Shown piece by piece: positions 1-9,572 of a DNA stretch of 33,013 bases. The stretch covers positions 1 through 33,013 of the forward strand of contig CANQES010000003.1 in assembly GCA_947595555.1 (NCBI GenBank). The letters are read 5' to 3'. The position numbers and the translations under genes were made by a program. Position 1 is the first letter of the stretch. Each line of letters begins with the position of its first letter. Under the pieces are notes generated by a model, which saw nothing but the letters and a program-made list of their open reading frames with translations, was not told the origin of the DNA and searched no databases. Source of the stretch: an uncultured Clostridia bacterium (GTDB lineage Bacteria > Bacillota > Clostridia > TANB77 > CAG-508).

Positions 1-1
1 A

Positions 2-661
2 AATATAGGAGAAAGAGTTACTTTTTATATATGCAAAATCTATATAAATACAATAGACATAGGGCAAACTTATAATGGAGCGAGTAAAACAATAGCGATA
101 GCAATAATAAACTTTAGTTATTTTAATAGAAAAGAATATCATCAAATAGCACATTTAAAATTTGAAGAGTGTACAGACAAAAATGAAATAGTGGAAGACA
201 TAATAAAAGGAAAAGAAAGTAAAACAGTAACAGATAAACTAGAAGTACATATTATAGACTTAGCAAAATTTAAAAAGATGAAAAAGCCCAAAGGAGAATT
301 AGCGGATTGGTTAAATCTAATAATAGGAAATGAGGGGGAAATAGACATGTCAAGTCAAAGAAATAAAATAATAGCAAAGGTAAATGAAGAAAACAAAAGA
401 CTAAGTGCGAGTCAAAAAATGCAGGCAATGTATTTATCACAGCAAATGGCATTGTATGATTACAATACTAATATGAGCGTAGCAAGAAAAGAAGGAGAAA
501 AAATAGGGGAAAGAAGAGGAGAAAAAAGAGGAGAAAGAAAAGGAAAAAAAGAAGCAATGAAAGAAGTAGCCCAAAAGATGTTAAAAGAAAAAATGGATAT
601 TGAGAAAATAGAAAGATTAACAGGATTAACTGAAAAAGACATAAATAATTTAAAAAACTAA
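2..661 (+). CDS. Rpn family recombination-promoting nuclease / PD-(D/E)XK putative transposase, 5'-truncated by window edge
   Basis: Frame is open from base 2 (NIGERVTFYICKIY...KTIAIAIINFSYF...LEVHIIDLAKF...DWLNLI). The C-terminus has Rpn-typical GEKIGERRGEKRG repeats and a VAQKMLKEKMDIEKIERLTGLT tail. Confidence 0.85.
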   Translation, partial: NIGERVTFYICKIYINTIDIGQTYNGASKTIAIAIINFSYFNRKEYHQIAHLKFEECTDKNEIVEDIIKGKESKTVTDKLEVHIIDLAKFKKMKKPKGELADWLNLIIGNEGEIDMSSQRNKIIAKVNEENKRLSASQKMQAMYLSQQMALYDYNTNMSVARKEGEKIGERRGEKRGERKGKKEAMKEVAQKMLKEKMDIEKIERLTGLTEKDINNLKN

Positions 662-670
662 AAAGAAAAA

Positions 671-709
671 TTGCTCAAAATTAGAAATAATTTTTAGAGC
701 AACTTTTTT
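671..709 (+). terminator. Probable intrinsic terminator after the Rpn gene
   Basis: TTGCTC...GAGCAA stem followed by a T-tract. Confidence 0.55.
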
Positions 710-733
710 ATTTTAAATACATCATCAAAAAGC

Positions 734-762
734 TTGAAATTTCCTTCATTTTGTAGTACAAT
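734..762 (+). promoter_or_regulatory. sigma-A-like promoter for adk
   Basis: TTGAAA-17 nt-TACAAT. Confidence 0.55.
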
Positions 763-795
763 ACTAAAAGTAAAAAATAGATAGGAGTGGAGAAT

Positions 796-1455
796 ATGGT
801 AATTATTATGTTAGGAGCACCAGGAACGGGAAAAGGAACGGTAGCTAGTATTTTAACAGAAAAACTTGGAGTACCACAAGTATCAACAGGAGATATTTTT
901 AGAGCGAACATAAAAGAAGGAACAGAATTAGGAAAATTAGCAGAGAGTTACATGTCACAGGGAAAACTAGTACCAGATGATGTAACAATTGATTTAGTAA
1001 GAAATAGACTAAAAGAAGATGATGTAAAAAATGGAATCATATTAGACGGATTTCCAAGAACTGTATTACAAGCACAAGAATTAGACAAAATGTTAGAAGA
1101 ACAAGGAAGAAAAGTTGACATTGTTATTAACTTAACAACACCACGAGAAGAAATATTTGAAAGATTAGTAAACAGAAGAGTTTGCTCAAATTCAAATTGC
1201 AAAACAATATACAATATTGTATTAAATCCACCAAAAGTAGAAGGAATATGTGATAAATGTGGTGGAGAGCTAATTCAAAGAAAAGATGACAGAAAAGAAA
1301 CACTAGAAGCGAGATTGGAAGATTATGAAAAAACAACAAGTCCATTAGTGGATTACTATGAAGAAAAAGGAAACTTACGTACAGAGATTGTAAGTAAATC
1401 TGCAAATAGAATGGGAAAAGATGTAGCAGAAGATATTGTTAAATTATTTAACTAG
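796..1455 (+). CDS. adk: Adenylate kinase
   Basis: GAPGTGKGT P-loop, STGDIFR, LDGFPRT and a Zn-type LID (C..C...CDKC). ATG 796 is preferred over GTG 787 on RBS spacing. Confidence 0.97.
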   Translation: MVIIMLGAPGTGKGTVASILTEKLGVPQVSTGDIFRANIKEGTELGKLAESYMSQGKLVPDDVTIDLVRNRLKEDDVKNGIILDGFPRTVLQAQELDKMLEEQGRKVDIVINLTTPREEIFERLVNRRVCSNSNCKTIYNIVLNPPKVEGICDKCGGELIQRKDDRKETLEARLEDYEKTTSPLVDYYEEKGNLRTEIVSKSANRMGKDVAEDIVKLFN

Positions 1456-1473
1456 GTGGGAGACGAATAAAAA

Positions 1474-2244
1474 TTGGTAACGATTAAATCAAAAAAAGAA
1501 ATAGAATTAATGAAAGAAGTATGCAGAATTGTTGCATTAACTTATAAGGAATTAGAAGAAAAAATAAAGCCAGGTATGTCAACATGGGAATTAGATCAAA
1601 TAGCAGAAAAGAAAATGAGAAGCTTGGGAGCAGTTCCAGCAGAAAAGGGGTACGATATTGGAATCAAAGGAGTACCTCCTTTTCCTGCTTCGCTATGTGT
1701 TTCAATAAATGATGAAGTTATACATGGGATACCATCTAAACATAGAATAGTAAAAGAAGGGGATGTTGTAAGTATTGATACAGTAGCATTAAAAAATGGC
1801 TATAATGGAGATGCTGCAAGAACCTTTATTGTTGGAAAAGGTACAAAAGAAGCGGAAAGATTAGTACAAGTGACAAAACAAGCTTTTTATGAAGGAATCA
1901 AGTATGCTAAGCAGGGCAATCGAATTGGAGATGTATGTCATGCAATAGGAGAATATGTGCATTCACAAGGATATTCAGTAGTAAAAGAATTTCAAGGACA
2001 TGGAATTGGAAGAGAAATGCACGAAGATCCTGGAATTCCTAATTATGGCAAAGCAGGAAGAGGAATACGCTTGGAACCAGGAATGACATTGGCCATAGAA
2101 CCCATGGTAATACAGGGGAAATCTAATATTTTAGAATTAGATGATGGTTGGACAATTATTACTGAAGATGGTAGTTTAGCAGCTCATTATGAAAATACAA
2201 TTTTAATTACAGAAAAAGAGCCAGAAATCTTGACAATTATTTAA
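1474..2244 (+). CDS. map: Type I methionine aminopeptidase
   Basis: SINDEVIHGIP, GHGIG..MHEDP, LAIEPM, AAHYENT; TTG start; position after adk. Confidence 0.97.
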   Translation: MVTIKSKKEIELMKEVCRIVALTYKELEEKIKPGMSTWELDQIAEKKMRSLGAVPAEKGYDIGIKGVPPFPASLCVSINDEVIHGIPSKHRIVKEGDVVSIDTVALKNGYNGDAARTFIVGKGTKEAERLVQVTKQAFYEGIKYAKQGNRIGDVCHAIGEYVHSQGYSVVKEFQGHGIGREMHEDPGIPNYGKAGRGIRLEPGMTLAIEPMVIQGKSNILELDDGWTIITEDGSLAAHYENTILITEKEPEILTII

Positions 2245-2258
2245 AAATGATGTATAAT
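2230..2258 (+). promoter_or_regulatory. sigma-A promoter for the infA-rpmJ-alpha cluster, overlapping the map 3' end
   Basis: Consensus TTGACA-17 nt-TATAAT. Confidence 0.75.
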
Positions 2259-2337
2259 ACAATGGTTATTATGCAAAATAGCGATATTTTGCCTTAAAAT
2301 CAGTTGTTTTAATAACTTGAAAGGAATGATATTAAAG

Positions 2338-2556
2338 ATGGCAAAAGAAGATGTTATCGAAATCGAAGGAACGGTAGTAGAGGCATTACCAAATACAAAT
2401 TTTAAAGTAGAATTGGAAAATGGACATCAAATATTAGCTCATATTTCAGGAAAATTAAGAATGAACTATATTAAAATTTTACCAGGAGACAAAGTAAAAG
2501 TTGAGCTTTCACCTTATGATTTAACAAGAGGAAGAATTACTTGGAGAGCGAAATAA
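2338..2556 (+). CDS. infA: Translation initiation factor IF-1
   Basis: [11 protein letters not shown]...[32 protein letters not shown]. Confidence 0.98.
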   Translation: MAKEDVIEIEGTVVEALPNTNFKVELENGHQILAHISGKLRMNYIKILPGDKVKVELSPYDLTRGRITWRAK

Positions 2557-2608
2557 AAAGTTAAAAATTAACCCATATAATATATAAATCAAACAGGAGG
2601 TGCGAAAA

Positions 2609-2722
2609 ATGAAAGTAAGACCATCAGTAAAAAAAATATGTGATAAATGCAAAATTATCAAAAGAAAGGGTGTAACTAGAGTTATCTGTGAAAACCCTAA
2701 ACACAAACAAAGACAAGGCTAA
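2609..2722 (+). CDS. rpmJ: 50S ribosomal protein L36 (absent from the ORF track, 37 aa)
   Basis: Manual translation [37 protein letters not shown]; AGGAGG RBS upstream. Confidence 0.98.
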   Translation: MKVRPSVKKICDKCKIIKRKGVTRVICENPKHKQRQG

Positions 2723-2739
2723 ACATTACAAATTGCTTA

Positions 2740-2876
2740 TAACACAAATTTGGTAGCGGCTGTGAATTCTCATATTAGAGAATTACATATCAATTTGTGT
2801 TAATATATATGTCTTAAAACTTTAAAGAGACTAGAGTAAACGCTAGTGCATTTCACCTTTAAAGACATTTAGGACA
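2740..2876 (+). promoter_or_regulatory. Two-hairpin structured leader upstream of rpsM; candidate ribosomal-protein leader
   Basis: TAACACAAATT(2740-2750)/AATTTGTGTTA(2792-2802) with inner GAATTCTC/GAGAATT pairing. Second hairpin TGTCTTAAA/TTTAGGACA with inner CTTTAAAG/CTTTAAAG and ACTAG/CTAGT. Confidence 0.55.
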
Positions 2877-2911
2877 AACAAATAAATAATATTGTGGAGG
2901 TGCAAAAAAAT

Positions 2912-3283
2912 ATGGCTCGTATTGCAGGAGTTGACTTACCAAAAGAGAAGAGAGTTGAAATAGGACTTACTTATATTTATGGTATAGGAGTATCAAGTGC
3001 TAGAAAAATACTTGCAAAAGCTGGAATAAATCCAGACACTAGAGTAAAGGATTTAACAGATGAACAAGTAAATGATATTAGAAAAGTAATTGATGAATCT
3101 TATATGGTTGAAGGTGACCTAAGAAGAGAAGTTGCTCTTAATATCAAAAGACTTACTGAAATTGGATGTTACAGAGGAATTAGACATAGAAAAGGTCTTC
3201 CAGTAAGAGGACAAAGAACAAAAACAAACAGTAGAACAAGAAAAGGTCCTAGAAAATTAGTAAGCAAAGCTAAAAAGGATTAA
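2912..3283 (+). CDS. rpsM: 30S ribosomal protein S13
   Basis: [10 protein letters not shown]...[12 protein letters not shown]; GGAGG RBS before ATG 2912. Confidence 0.98.
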   Translation: MARIAGVDLPKEKRVEIGLTYIYGIGVSSARKILAKAGINPDTRVKDLTDEQVNDIRKVIDESYMVEGDLRREVALNIKRLTEIGCYRGIRHRKGLPVRGQRTKTNSRTRKGPRKLVSKAKKD

Positions 3284-3314
3284 TTAGAAAATTAATAAGG
3301 AGGAAAAAAGCAAA

Positions 3315-3710
3315 ATGGCTAAAAGTGTAACAACAAAAAAAGTAGCTAGAAGAAATAGAAAAAACATTGAAAAAGGTTCAGCACATATTCATTCTAGTTT
3401 TAATAATACAATAGTTACTATTACAGATACACAAGGAAATGCTATCTCATGGGGAAGTGCTGGAGGATTAGGATTTAAAGGTTCTAGAAAAAGCACACCA
3501 TATGCAGCAGGTCAAGTAGCAGAAACAGCTGCAAAAGCCGCAATGGAACATGGATTAAAATCAGTAGAAGTATTTGTAAAAGGACCAGGTTCTGGTAGAG
3601 AAGCTGCTATTCGTGCACTTCAAACAGCAGGTCTTGAAATAAGTGCTATTAAAGATGTAACGCCAATACCACACAATGGTTGTAGACCACCAAAAAGAAG
3701 AAGAGTTTAA
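3315..3710 (+). CDS. rpsK: 30S ribosomal protein S11
   Basis: [36 protein letters not shown]. Confidence 0.98.
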   Translation: MAKSVTTKKVARRNRKNIEKGSAHIHSSFNNTIVTITDTQGNAISWGSAGGLGFKGSRKSTPYAAGQVAETAAKAAMEHGLKSVEVFVKGPGSGREAAIRALQTAGLEISAIKDVTPIPHNGCRPPKRRRV

Positions 3711-3739
3711 TACAGGCGAATAAGGAAAGGAGTAAAAAA

Positions 3740-4366
3740 ATGGCAAGATATAAAGACGAGCAATGTCGTAGATGCCGTAGAGAAGGACAAAAATTGTTCT
3801 TAAAAGGAGAAAGATGCTATACAGACAAATGCAGTATATCAAGAAGAAACTATGCACCAGGACAACATGGTCAAAAAAGAGCAAAACTTTCTGAATACGG
3901 AACTCAATTAAGAGAAAAACAAAAAACGAAAGCATATTATGGAGTCGGAGAAAAACAATTTAGAAAATACTTTGAAATGGCTTCCAACAAAAAAGGTGTA
4001 ACAGGTGAAAATTTGTTACAAATATTAGAAAGCAGATTAGATAATGTTGTTTATAGATTAGGATTTGGAACATCTAGAGCACAAGCAAGACAATTTGTAA
4101 ATCATGCACAATTTGAAGTCAATGGAAAAAGAGTGGATATCCCATCTTATCTAGTAAAAGCAGGAGATATAATCACTGTAAGAGAAAATAGAAAAGACAA
4201 TGCTACTATCAAAATTAATGTAGAAGAATCAAGTAAGAGACCAATTCCTGCTTGGTTAGAAAAAGACAGCGAAAAATTAAGTGGCAAAGTAATTCGTTTA
4301 GCATCTAGAGAAGACATTGATATTCCAATAGAAGAACATTTAATAGTAGAGCTTTACTCAAAATAA
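3740..4366 (+). CDS. rpsD: 30S ribosomal protein S4 (Cys/Zn-binding form)
   Basis: MARY...[17 protein letters not shown]...C; [13 protein letters not shown]; LIVELYSK. Confidence 0.98.
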   Translation: MARYKDEQCRRCRREGQKLFLKGERCYTDKCSISRRNYAPGQHGQKRAKLSEYGTQLREKQKTKAYYGVGEKQFRKYFEMASNKKGVTGENLLQILESRLDNVVYRLGFGTSRAQARQFVNHAQFEVNGKRVDIPSYLVKAGDIITVRENRKDNATIKINVEESSKRPIPAWLEKDSEKLSGKVIRLASREDIDIPIEEHLIVELYSK

Positions 4367-4439
4367 TAGGAATTATTAAAAAAGCCTATGAAGTTATAAA
4401 AAGTTTGAGAAGGCTATTCTCAAATATTAGGAGGTAAAA

Positions 4440-5387
4440 ATGATAGGATTTGAAAAGCCAAATATTGAATGTCTAGAGGTTGATGATGCAAATAACTATG
4501 CAAAATTTGTATGTGAACCATTAGAAAGAGGTTATGGTGTAACAATAGGAAATTCTTTAAGAAGAATATTACTTTCATCACTTCCAGGATGTGCTATAAC
4601 AAGTGCAAAAATAGATGGAGTATTACATGAATTTTCTACCATTCCAAATGTTGTAGAAGATGTACCAGAAATAATTATCAATTTAAAAAGTGTTAGATTA
4701 AAATTTGATGAAAATGAAGAAAAAGTTTTAAGAATTGATGTTAAGGGAGAAGGAGAAGTTACTGCAGGAGATATTATAACAGATGGAACTGTAGACATTC
4801 TAAACCCAGAACTACATATAGCTACAATTGCAAAAGGTGGAAGTCTAAAAATAGAAATGACAGCAGATAGAGGAAGAGGATATAATTCAGCAGAAAAAAA
4901 TAAAAAGAACAATCAAGATATATCAGTGCTTCCAATAGATTCAATCTATACACCAGTAAAAAAAGTCAACTATCAAGTAGAAAATACTAGAGTTGGTCAA
5001 ATGGTAGATTATGATAAACTAGTTATCGAAGTATGGACAGATGGAAGTCTAAAAGCACATGAGGCTTTAAGTTTAGCAGCTAAAGTAATGACAGGTCATT
5101 TAGAATTATTTATTGATTTATCAGAGGCTACAAAAAATACTCAAGTTATGATTGAGAAAGAAGAATCTAAGAAAGAAAAAGTTTTAGAAATGTCAATTGA
5201 GGAACTAGAATTATCAGTTCGTTCTTTCAACTGTTTAAAAAGAGCAGGAATTGCAACAGTGGAAGATTTAACAAATAAATCTGAAACAGATATGATGAAA
5301 GTAAGAAATTTAGGAAAGAAATCATTTGACGAAGTAACTGCAAAATTACATTCATTAGGATTAGATTTTGCAAAAGAAGATGACTAG
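4440..5387 (+). CDS. rpoA: RNA polymerase subunit alpha
   Basis: [22 protein letters not shown]; alpha-[26 protein letters not shown]. Confidence 0.98.
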   Translation: MIGFEKPNIECLEVDDANNYAKFVCEPLERGYGVTIGNSLRRILLSSLPGCAITSAKIDGVLHEFSTIPNVVEDVPEIIINLKSVRLKFDENEEKVLRIDVKGEGEVTAGDIITDGTVDILNPELHIATIAKGGSLKIEMTADRGRGYNSAEKNKKNNQDISVLPIDSIYTPVKKVNYQVENTRVGQMVDYDKLVIEVWTDGSLKAHEALSLAAKVMTGHLELFIDLSEATKNTQVMIEKEESKKEKVLEMSIEELELSVRSFNCLKRAGIATVEDLTNKSETDMMKVRNLGKKSFDEVTAKLHSLGLDFAKEDD

Positions 5388-5417
5388 AAGAAAATTAGTT
5401 AAAGGAAGGTGAAAAAA

Positions 5418-5945
5418 TTGGCTACAAATAGAAAGTTAGGTAGAACAACAGATATTAGAATGTCTATGTTAAAAACTTTAACAACAGATTTAATACAACA
5501 TGGAAAAGTTGAAACTACATTACCAAGAGCAAAAGAAGTAAAAGCAATTGCAGATAGCCTTATAGCACTTGCAATTAAAGAAAAAGATAATTATGAGACT
5601 ATTGAGGTTAAAGTTGTAAAAGCAAAATTAGATGCAAAAGGTAATAAAGAAACTGAATTAGTAAAAAGCAAAAATGGCAAAGAATATCTAAAAGTAGTAA
5701 AAGAAGAAAAAACAGAAAAAAGACAAAAAGATATGCCAACTAGATTAAATGCTAGAAGAAAAATGATGAGAAAATTAAATAAAGTTAAAGATAGCGAAGG
5801 ACATAATATTGATTTACCATCAAAATTATTTAATGAAATAGCTCCAAAATATGCTGGTAAAAATGTAGGAGGATATACTCGTATTATTAAAGCAGGACCT
5901 AGAAAAGGTGATGGAGCAGAAGTGGCTATTTTACAACTTATATAA
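5418..5945 (+). CDS. rplQ: 50S ribosomal protein L17 with an internal Lys/Glu-rich insertion
   Basis: RKLGRT...ETTLPRAKE...GGYTRIIKAGPRKGDGAE; likely TTG start at 5418 after AAGGAAGGTG (ORF track gives GTG 5409). Confidence 0.95.
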   Translation: MATNRKLGRTTDIRMSMLKTLTTDLIQHGKVETTLPRAKEVKAIADSLIALAIKEKDNYETIEVKVVKAKLDAKGNKETELVKSKNGKEYLKVVKEEKTEKRQKDMPTRLNARRKMMRKLNKVKDSEGHNIDLPSKLFNEIAPKYAGKNVGGYTRIIKAGPRKGDGAEVAILQLI

Positions 5946-5954
5946 AAATAAAAG

Positions 5955-5978
5955 AGTCCCCTAATTCAGGGGACTTTT
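5955..5978 (+). terminator. Intrinsic terminator of the alpha operon
   Basis: AGTCCCCT-aattc-AGGGGACT followed by Ts, with an A-tract before. Confidence 0.8.
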
Positions 5979-6130
5979 AGCATTTTAAGTGTCCAAAAAT
6001 CTTTCAACTCAATACAAATTGCATTTTGCAATAAAATTTATGACTATATTGTATCATATTTTCTTGGAATATACAATAAAATCACAACTTTGAAATTATT
6101 ACATATAATAAGACCATAGGAGGCTAAAAA

Positions 6131-6484
6131 ATGACAGAATTTATTTTAAGAACCATATTTTGGACGTTAGCAATTTATGGATTTATTGACATAATAAAAA
6201 ATATAATGTACATATTAACATATACTAAATTTCAATCTGATGGTATATATGTAATTATAGCTGTTAAGAACCAAGAAGAGAAAATAGAAGGTTTTTTACG
6301 TTCTAGCTTATTTAAAATATTGTATGGAAAAGAAGAGTATTTAAAGGATATTATTGTAGCTGACCTAAAATCAACAGATAAAACAAAAGAAATTGCCAAG
6401 AAATTAGAAATGGAATATGACTGCTTGAGAGTGACAAGTTGGAAAGAATGCAAAGATATAATAGATAATATAAATGATAACTAA
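6131..6484 (+). CDS. Small membrane-anchored protein resembling the N-terminal half of a GT2/GT-A fold
   Basis: N-terminal hydrophobic helix, then YVIIAVKNQEEKIEGFLRS...IIVADLKSTDKTKEI. AGGAGG RBS; sigK-like AC-16 nt-CATATAATA upstream (6084-6110). Confidence 0.7.
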   Translation: MTEFILRTIFWTLAIYGFIDIIKNIMYILTYTKFQSDGIYVIIAVKNQEEKIEGFLRSSLFKILYGKEEYLKDIIVADLKSTDKTKEIAKKLEMEYDCLRVTSWKECKDIIDNINDN

Positions 6485-6487
6485 ACA

Positions 6488-6910
6488 TTTTTGAATTCCA
6501 TTTTTCCATTTAACCAGGCACAGTACATTAGTAATTAAAAGATACATCTTGTTCATTTCGTTCAAAAAGAATTTGTAATTAAAAAAAATGCGCCTCTTTC
6601 ACGAAAGAAAATAACTTATTTGTATATTTAGAATAAATTATTTGTGTGACTGAAGTAAGTTTAAGAATTCTTAAATCATTTTATGGAAAGCGTTCAATTT
6701 TATATTGGAAGGGTGCCATAAAATGATTTTAGAATTCTTTTACTTATGGAGGAAACCAAAAATTTATGAAAAATATACAAATAAGTTATTTTTCGTGAAC
6801 ATTTCTCATTTTTTTTAATAACAAGTTCTATTTTTTCCTCAATTCAAGCGATGTATCTTTTAATTACTAATGTACTGTGCCTGGTTAAATGGAAAAATGA
6901 AATTCAAAAA
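6488..6910. repeat. ~423-bp imperfect palindrome with 61-bp near-perfect terminal inverted repeats
   Basis: 6488-6548 is the reverse complement of 6850-6910 with one mismatch. Nested stems continue inward to an apex near 6700. Confidence 0.92.
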
Positions 6911-6969
6911 GGTGTATCTTGAAATAAAGCATATTTTATGATAATATAACATGTAACAAGGAGAAATAG

Positions 6970-9199
6970 ATGGAAATTATAGGTGAAATAGAAGCTATTA
7001 TTTATAAAAATGAAATAAATAGCTATACAATAGCAGAATTTGAGACCGATGAAGAAACTACAACAATTGTAGGTTATTTACCATTTGTAAACATTGGAGA
7101 CACATTAAAAGTAATAGGAAAATTTGTAGAACATAAAGAATATGGAAGGCAATTTAAAGTTGACACCTTTGAAAAAATGATGCCACAAACATTAGGAGCA
7201 CTAGAAAAATACTTATCAAACGGAAATATAAAAGGAATAGGAGAAGCGCTAGCAAAAAGAATTGTAAAAAAATTTGGAGAAGAAACAATTTACATTTTCA
7301 AGCATGAGCCAAAAAGGTTAGCAGACATCAGAGGAATTTCAGAAAATAAAGCAATGGAAATGTCAGAGGACTTTATTCAAAATTGGGAAGTATGGCAAAT
7401 AGTTGGCTTTTTAGAAAGATTTGGAATTGGGGCAGAACATGCTAAAAAAGTTTTTGATTTATTTGGAAGCAACGCAATTGAACAAATAGAAGCAAATCCA
7501 TATATTTTAATTGATATAACAAGAGGAGTAGACTTTAAGCAAATTGATAAAATGGCACTAGACTTAGGGATAAATTACGATAATGAAAAAAGAGTTGAAA
7601 GTGGAATTAAATATGGATTAATTAGAAGTACTTATAATGGACATGCCTGTGTATTAAAAAGCAATTTAATTGAATTTGTTATCAACTTATTAGATGTAAG
7701 TACAGAAAATGTAGAAGATGGATTAATAAATTTAAAGGTAAAAGATGACATTGTAGTAGAAGAAAGGGAGAAAGAAGAATATGTTTATTTAAAAGCGTTT
7801 TATCAAGCAGAAGCTGATATCGTATTTAGAATTAATAGATTACAAAATGCTAAGAATGTTAAAAAAATAGCGCACATAGAAACTGAATTAAAAAAAGTGG
7901 AGTCAACTTCAAAAATAGAATTATCAGAAAAGCAAAAAGAAGCTGTAAAATTAGTAAATGAAAATAATGTTACAATTATTACTGGAGGACCAGGTACAGG
8001 AAAAACTACAATAATAAAAACAATTATAGATATCTATGAAGGAAAAGGTAAAAAAGTCGTACTTTGTGCACCAACAGGAAGAGCAGCAAAGAGAATGACT
8101 GAAACAACAGGAAAAGAAGCATCAACTTTACATCGACTATTAGAAATTGGAAAAATCAATGAAGACAGTTTATACAAAAATATGGGAGATTATGAAGGTG
8201 CACCAATTGATGGTGATATAATTATAGTTGATGAGATGTCAATGGTGGATATGTTTTTAATGGATTATTTATTAAAATGCATATATCAAGGTAGTAAATT
8301 AGTATTAGTGGGTGATGAAGACCAGTTGGCATCAGTTGGACCAGGATGTGTTTTAAAGGATTTCATTCATTCGGAAGAAATAACTACAGTACGATTAGAC
8401 AAGATTTTCAGACAAGCGGCACAAAGTAAAATTATTTTAAATGCTCACCGTGTAAATCATGGAGAGACATTTTTAAAAAAGAATGAACAAGAAGATTTAA
8501 AAGAAGATTTCTTTTTTATAAAGCAGATTTATCAAGAGAAAATGCTAGAAGAAGTAATTTCCTTATGCACAGGAAGATTACAAAATTATGGAGATTATGA
8601 CTTTTTTCAAAATATTCAAGTATTATCACCTACTAAAAAAGGAATGCTTGGAACGAAAGAATTAAATAAAGCTTTGCAAGAAAAATTAAATCCAAATCTT
8701 TACAATCTTCCAGAAAAAGCAAGTATGGGGGCCATTTATCGAGTGGGAGATAGAGTTATGCAGATTAAGAATAATTATGATATCTATTGGGAAAGAGATA
8801 TTGCAGGTAAAGAAACGGGAAGCGGAGTTTTTAATGGAGAAATAGGAACAATTACTGACATAAATGAAAGAGAAAAACAGTTGGAAATTAAGTTTGATGA
8901 TGAAAAAGTAGCTTGGTATGAGTTTTCAGATTTAGATCAAATTGAACATAGTTATTGCATTACTATTCATAAAGCGCAACGGTAGTGAATTTGATGTTGT
9001 TATCATGGTAATACCGCCATCTTCTCCTATGTTATTAACCAGAAATCTGCTTTATACAGGTATTACTAGAGCAAAAAAACTTCTAATTGTGGTTGGTATG
9101 GAAAAAGTAGTAGAATTTATGATTCAAAATGTAGATGTGAAAAAACGCAATACAGGATTAGAATACAAAATGCGAAGAATAAAGGAAACAAATCCATAA
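6970..9199 (+). CDS. recD2: ATP-dependent RecD-like (RecD2) DNA helicase; needs a +1 shift at 8980 (about 742 aa when joined)
   Basis: GGPGTGKT, APTGRAAKR, IIVDEMSM, LVGDEDQL.SV, IFRQ. Frame 1 ends HKAQ-R-stop; the +1 frame continues GSEFDVV...RNLLYTGITRAKK. Confidence 0.93.
8980..8983 (+). other. Frame-break site 1: CAA-CGG-TAG, restored as CAA-(C)GGT-AGT
   Basis: Skipping C8980 restores the helicase motif HKAQ-G-SEF. Confidence 0.85.
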
Positions 9200-9207
9200 T
9201 AATATAG

Positions 9208-9233
9208 AAAGAACTGATTTTTCAGTTCTTTTT
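9208..9233 (+). terminator. Intrinsic terminator after full-length recD2
   Basis: AAAGAACTGA-tttt-TCAGTTCTTT then TT. Confidence 0.8.
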
Positions 9234-9307
9234 GTCGTATAATGTCGAAAACTTTTTTGCTAATTTTATAAAAATATATTGACTTGAGCATAAAAATAAA
9301 TTATAAT
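9233..9307 (+). promoter_or_regulatory. Tandem Spo0A-like boxes plus sigma-A promoter of the TA operon
   Basis: TGTCGTA-taa-TGTCGAA (9233-9249); TTGACT(9279)-17 nt-TATAAT(9302). Confidence 0.6.
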
Positions 9308-9332
9308 GTAAACTACAAAAGGAGGTACGGTT

Positions 9333-9572
9333 ATGATAAAAACTATTAAAATAATGGAAAAAGGAAAAATATTTTATGGAAAAATAAGTAGAGTAATAAA
9401 AAAAGATGGATGGATATATGATTATGATTGGAAAATAGCTTTTAAATCAGAAAAGTATAGGGAAGAATTTTTAAATAAAATAAAAATAGCACAAAAAGAT
9501 ATAAAAGAGGGAAGATTATATTCATTAAAGGAATTAGAAGAAATATTACAAGAGGAGGGAAGTAAAAATTAG
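9333..9572 (+). CDS. Putative type II antitoxin
   Basis: 79 aa, GGAGG RBS, C-terminal KIAQKDIKEGRLYSLKELEE motif typical of RelE/ParE partners; overlaps the toxin start. Confidence 0.65.
   Translation: MIKTIKIMEKGKIFYGKISRVIKKDGWIYDYDWKIAFKSEKYREEFLNKIKIAQKDIKEGRLYSLKELEEILQEEGSKN

Noticed and set aside
6748-6798. GGAGG followed by a 10-codon ORF (MKNIQISYFS) inside the giant hairpin, as a type I toxin or leader peptide
   Set aside because: SD spacing is long (13 nt), the peptide is not hydrophobic, and the sequence is explained by stem pairing.
6970-9199. Calling recD2 (and yabG) ordinary pseudogenes
   Set aside because: There is no other decay, and three identical C-before-GGT events are unlikely by chance. 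The option is not formally excluded without reads or proteomics.
8942-9199. 85-aa ORF as an independent gene
   Set aside because: It is the C-terminus of RecD2; the residues before GSEF are out-of-frame sequence.
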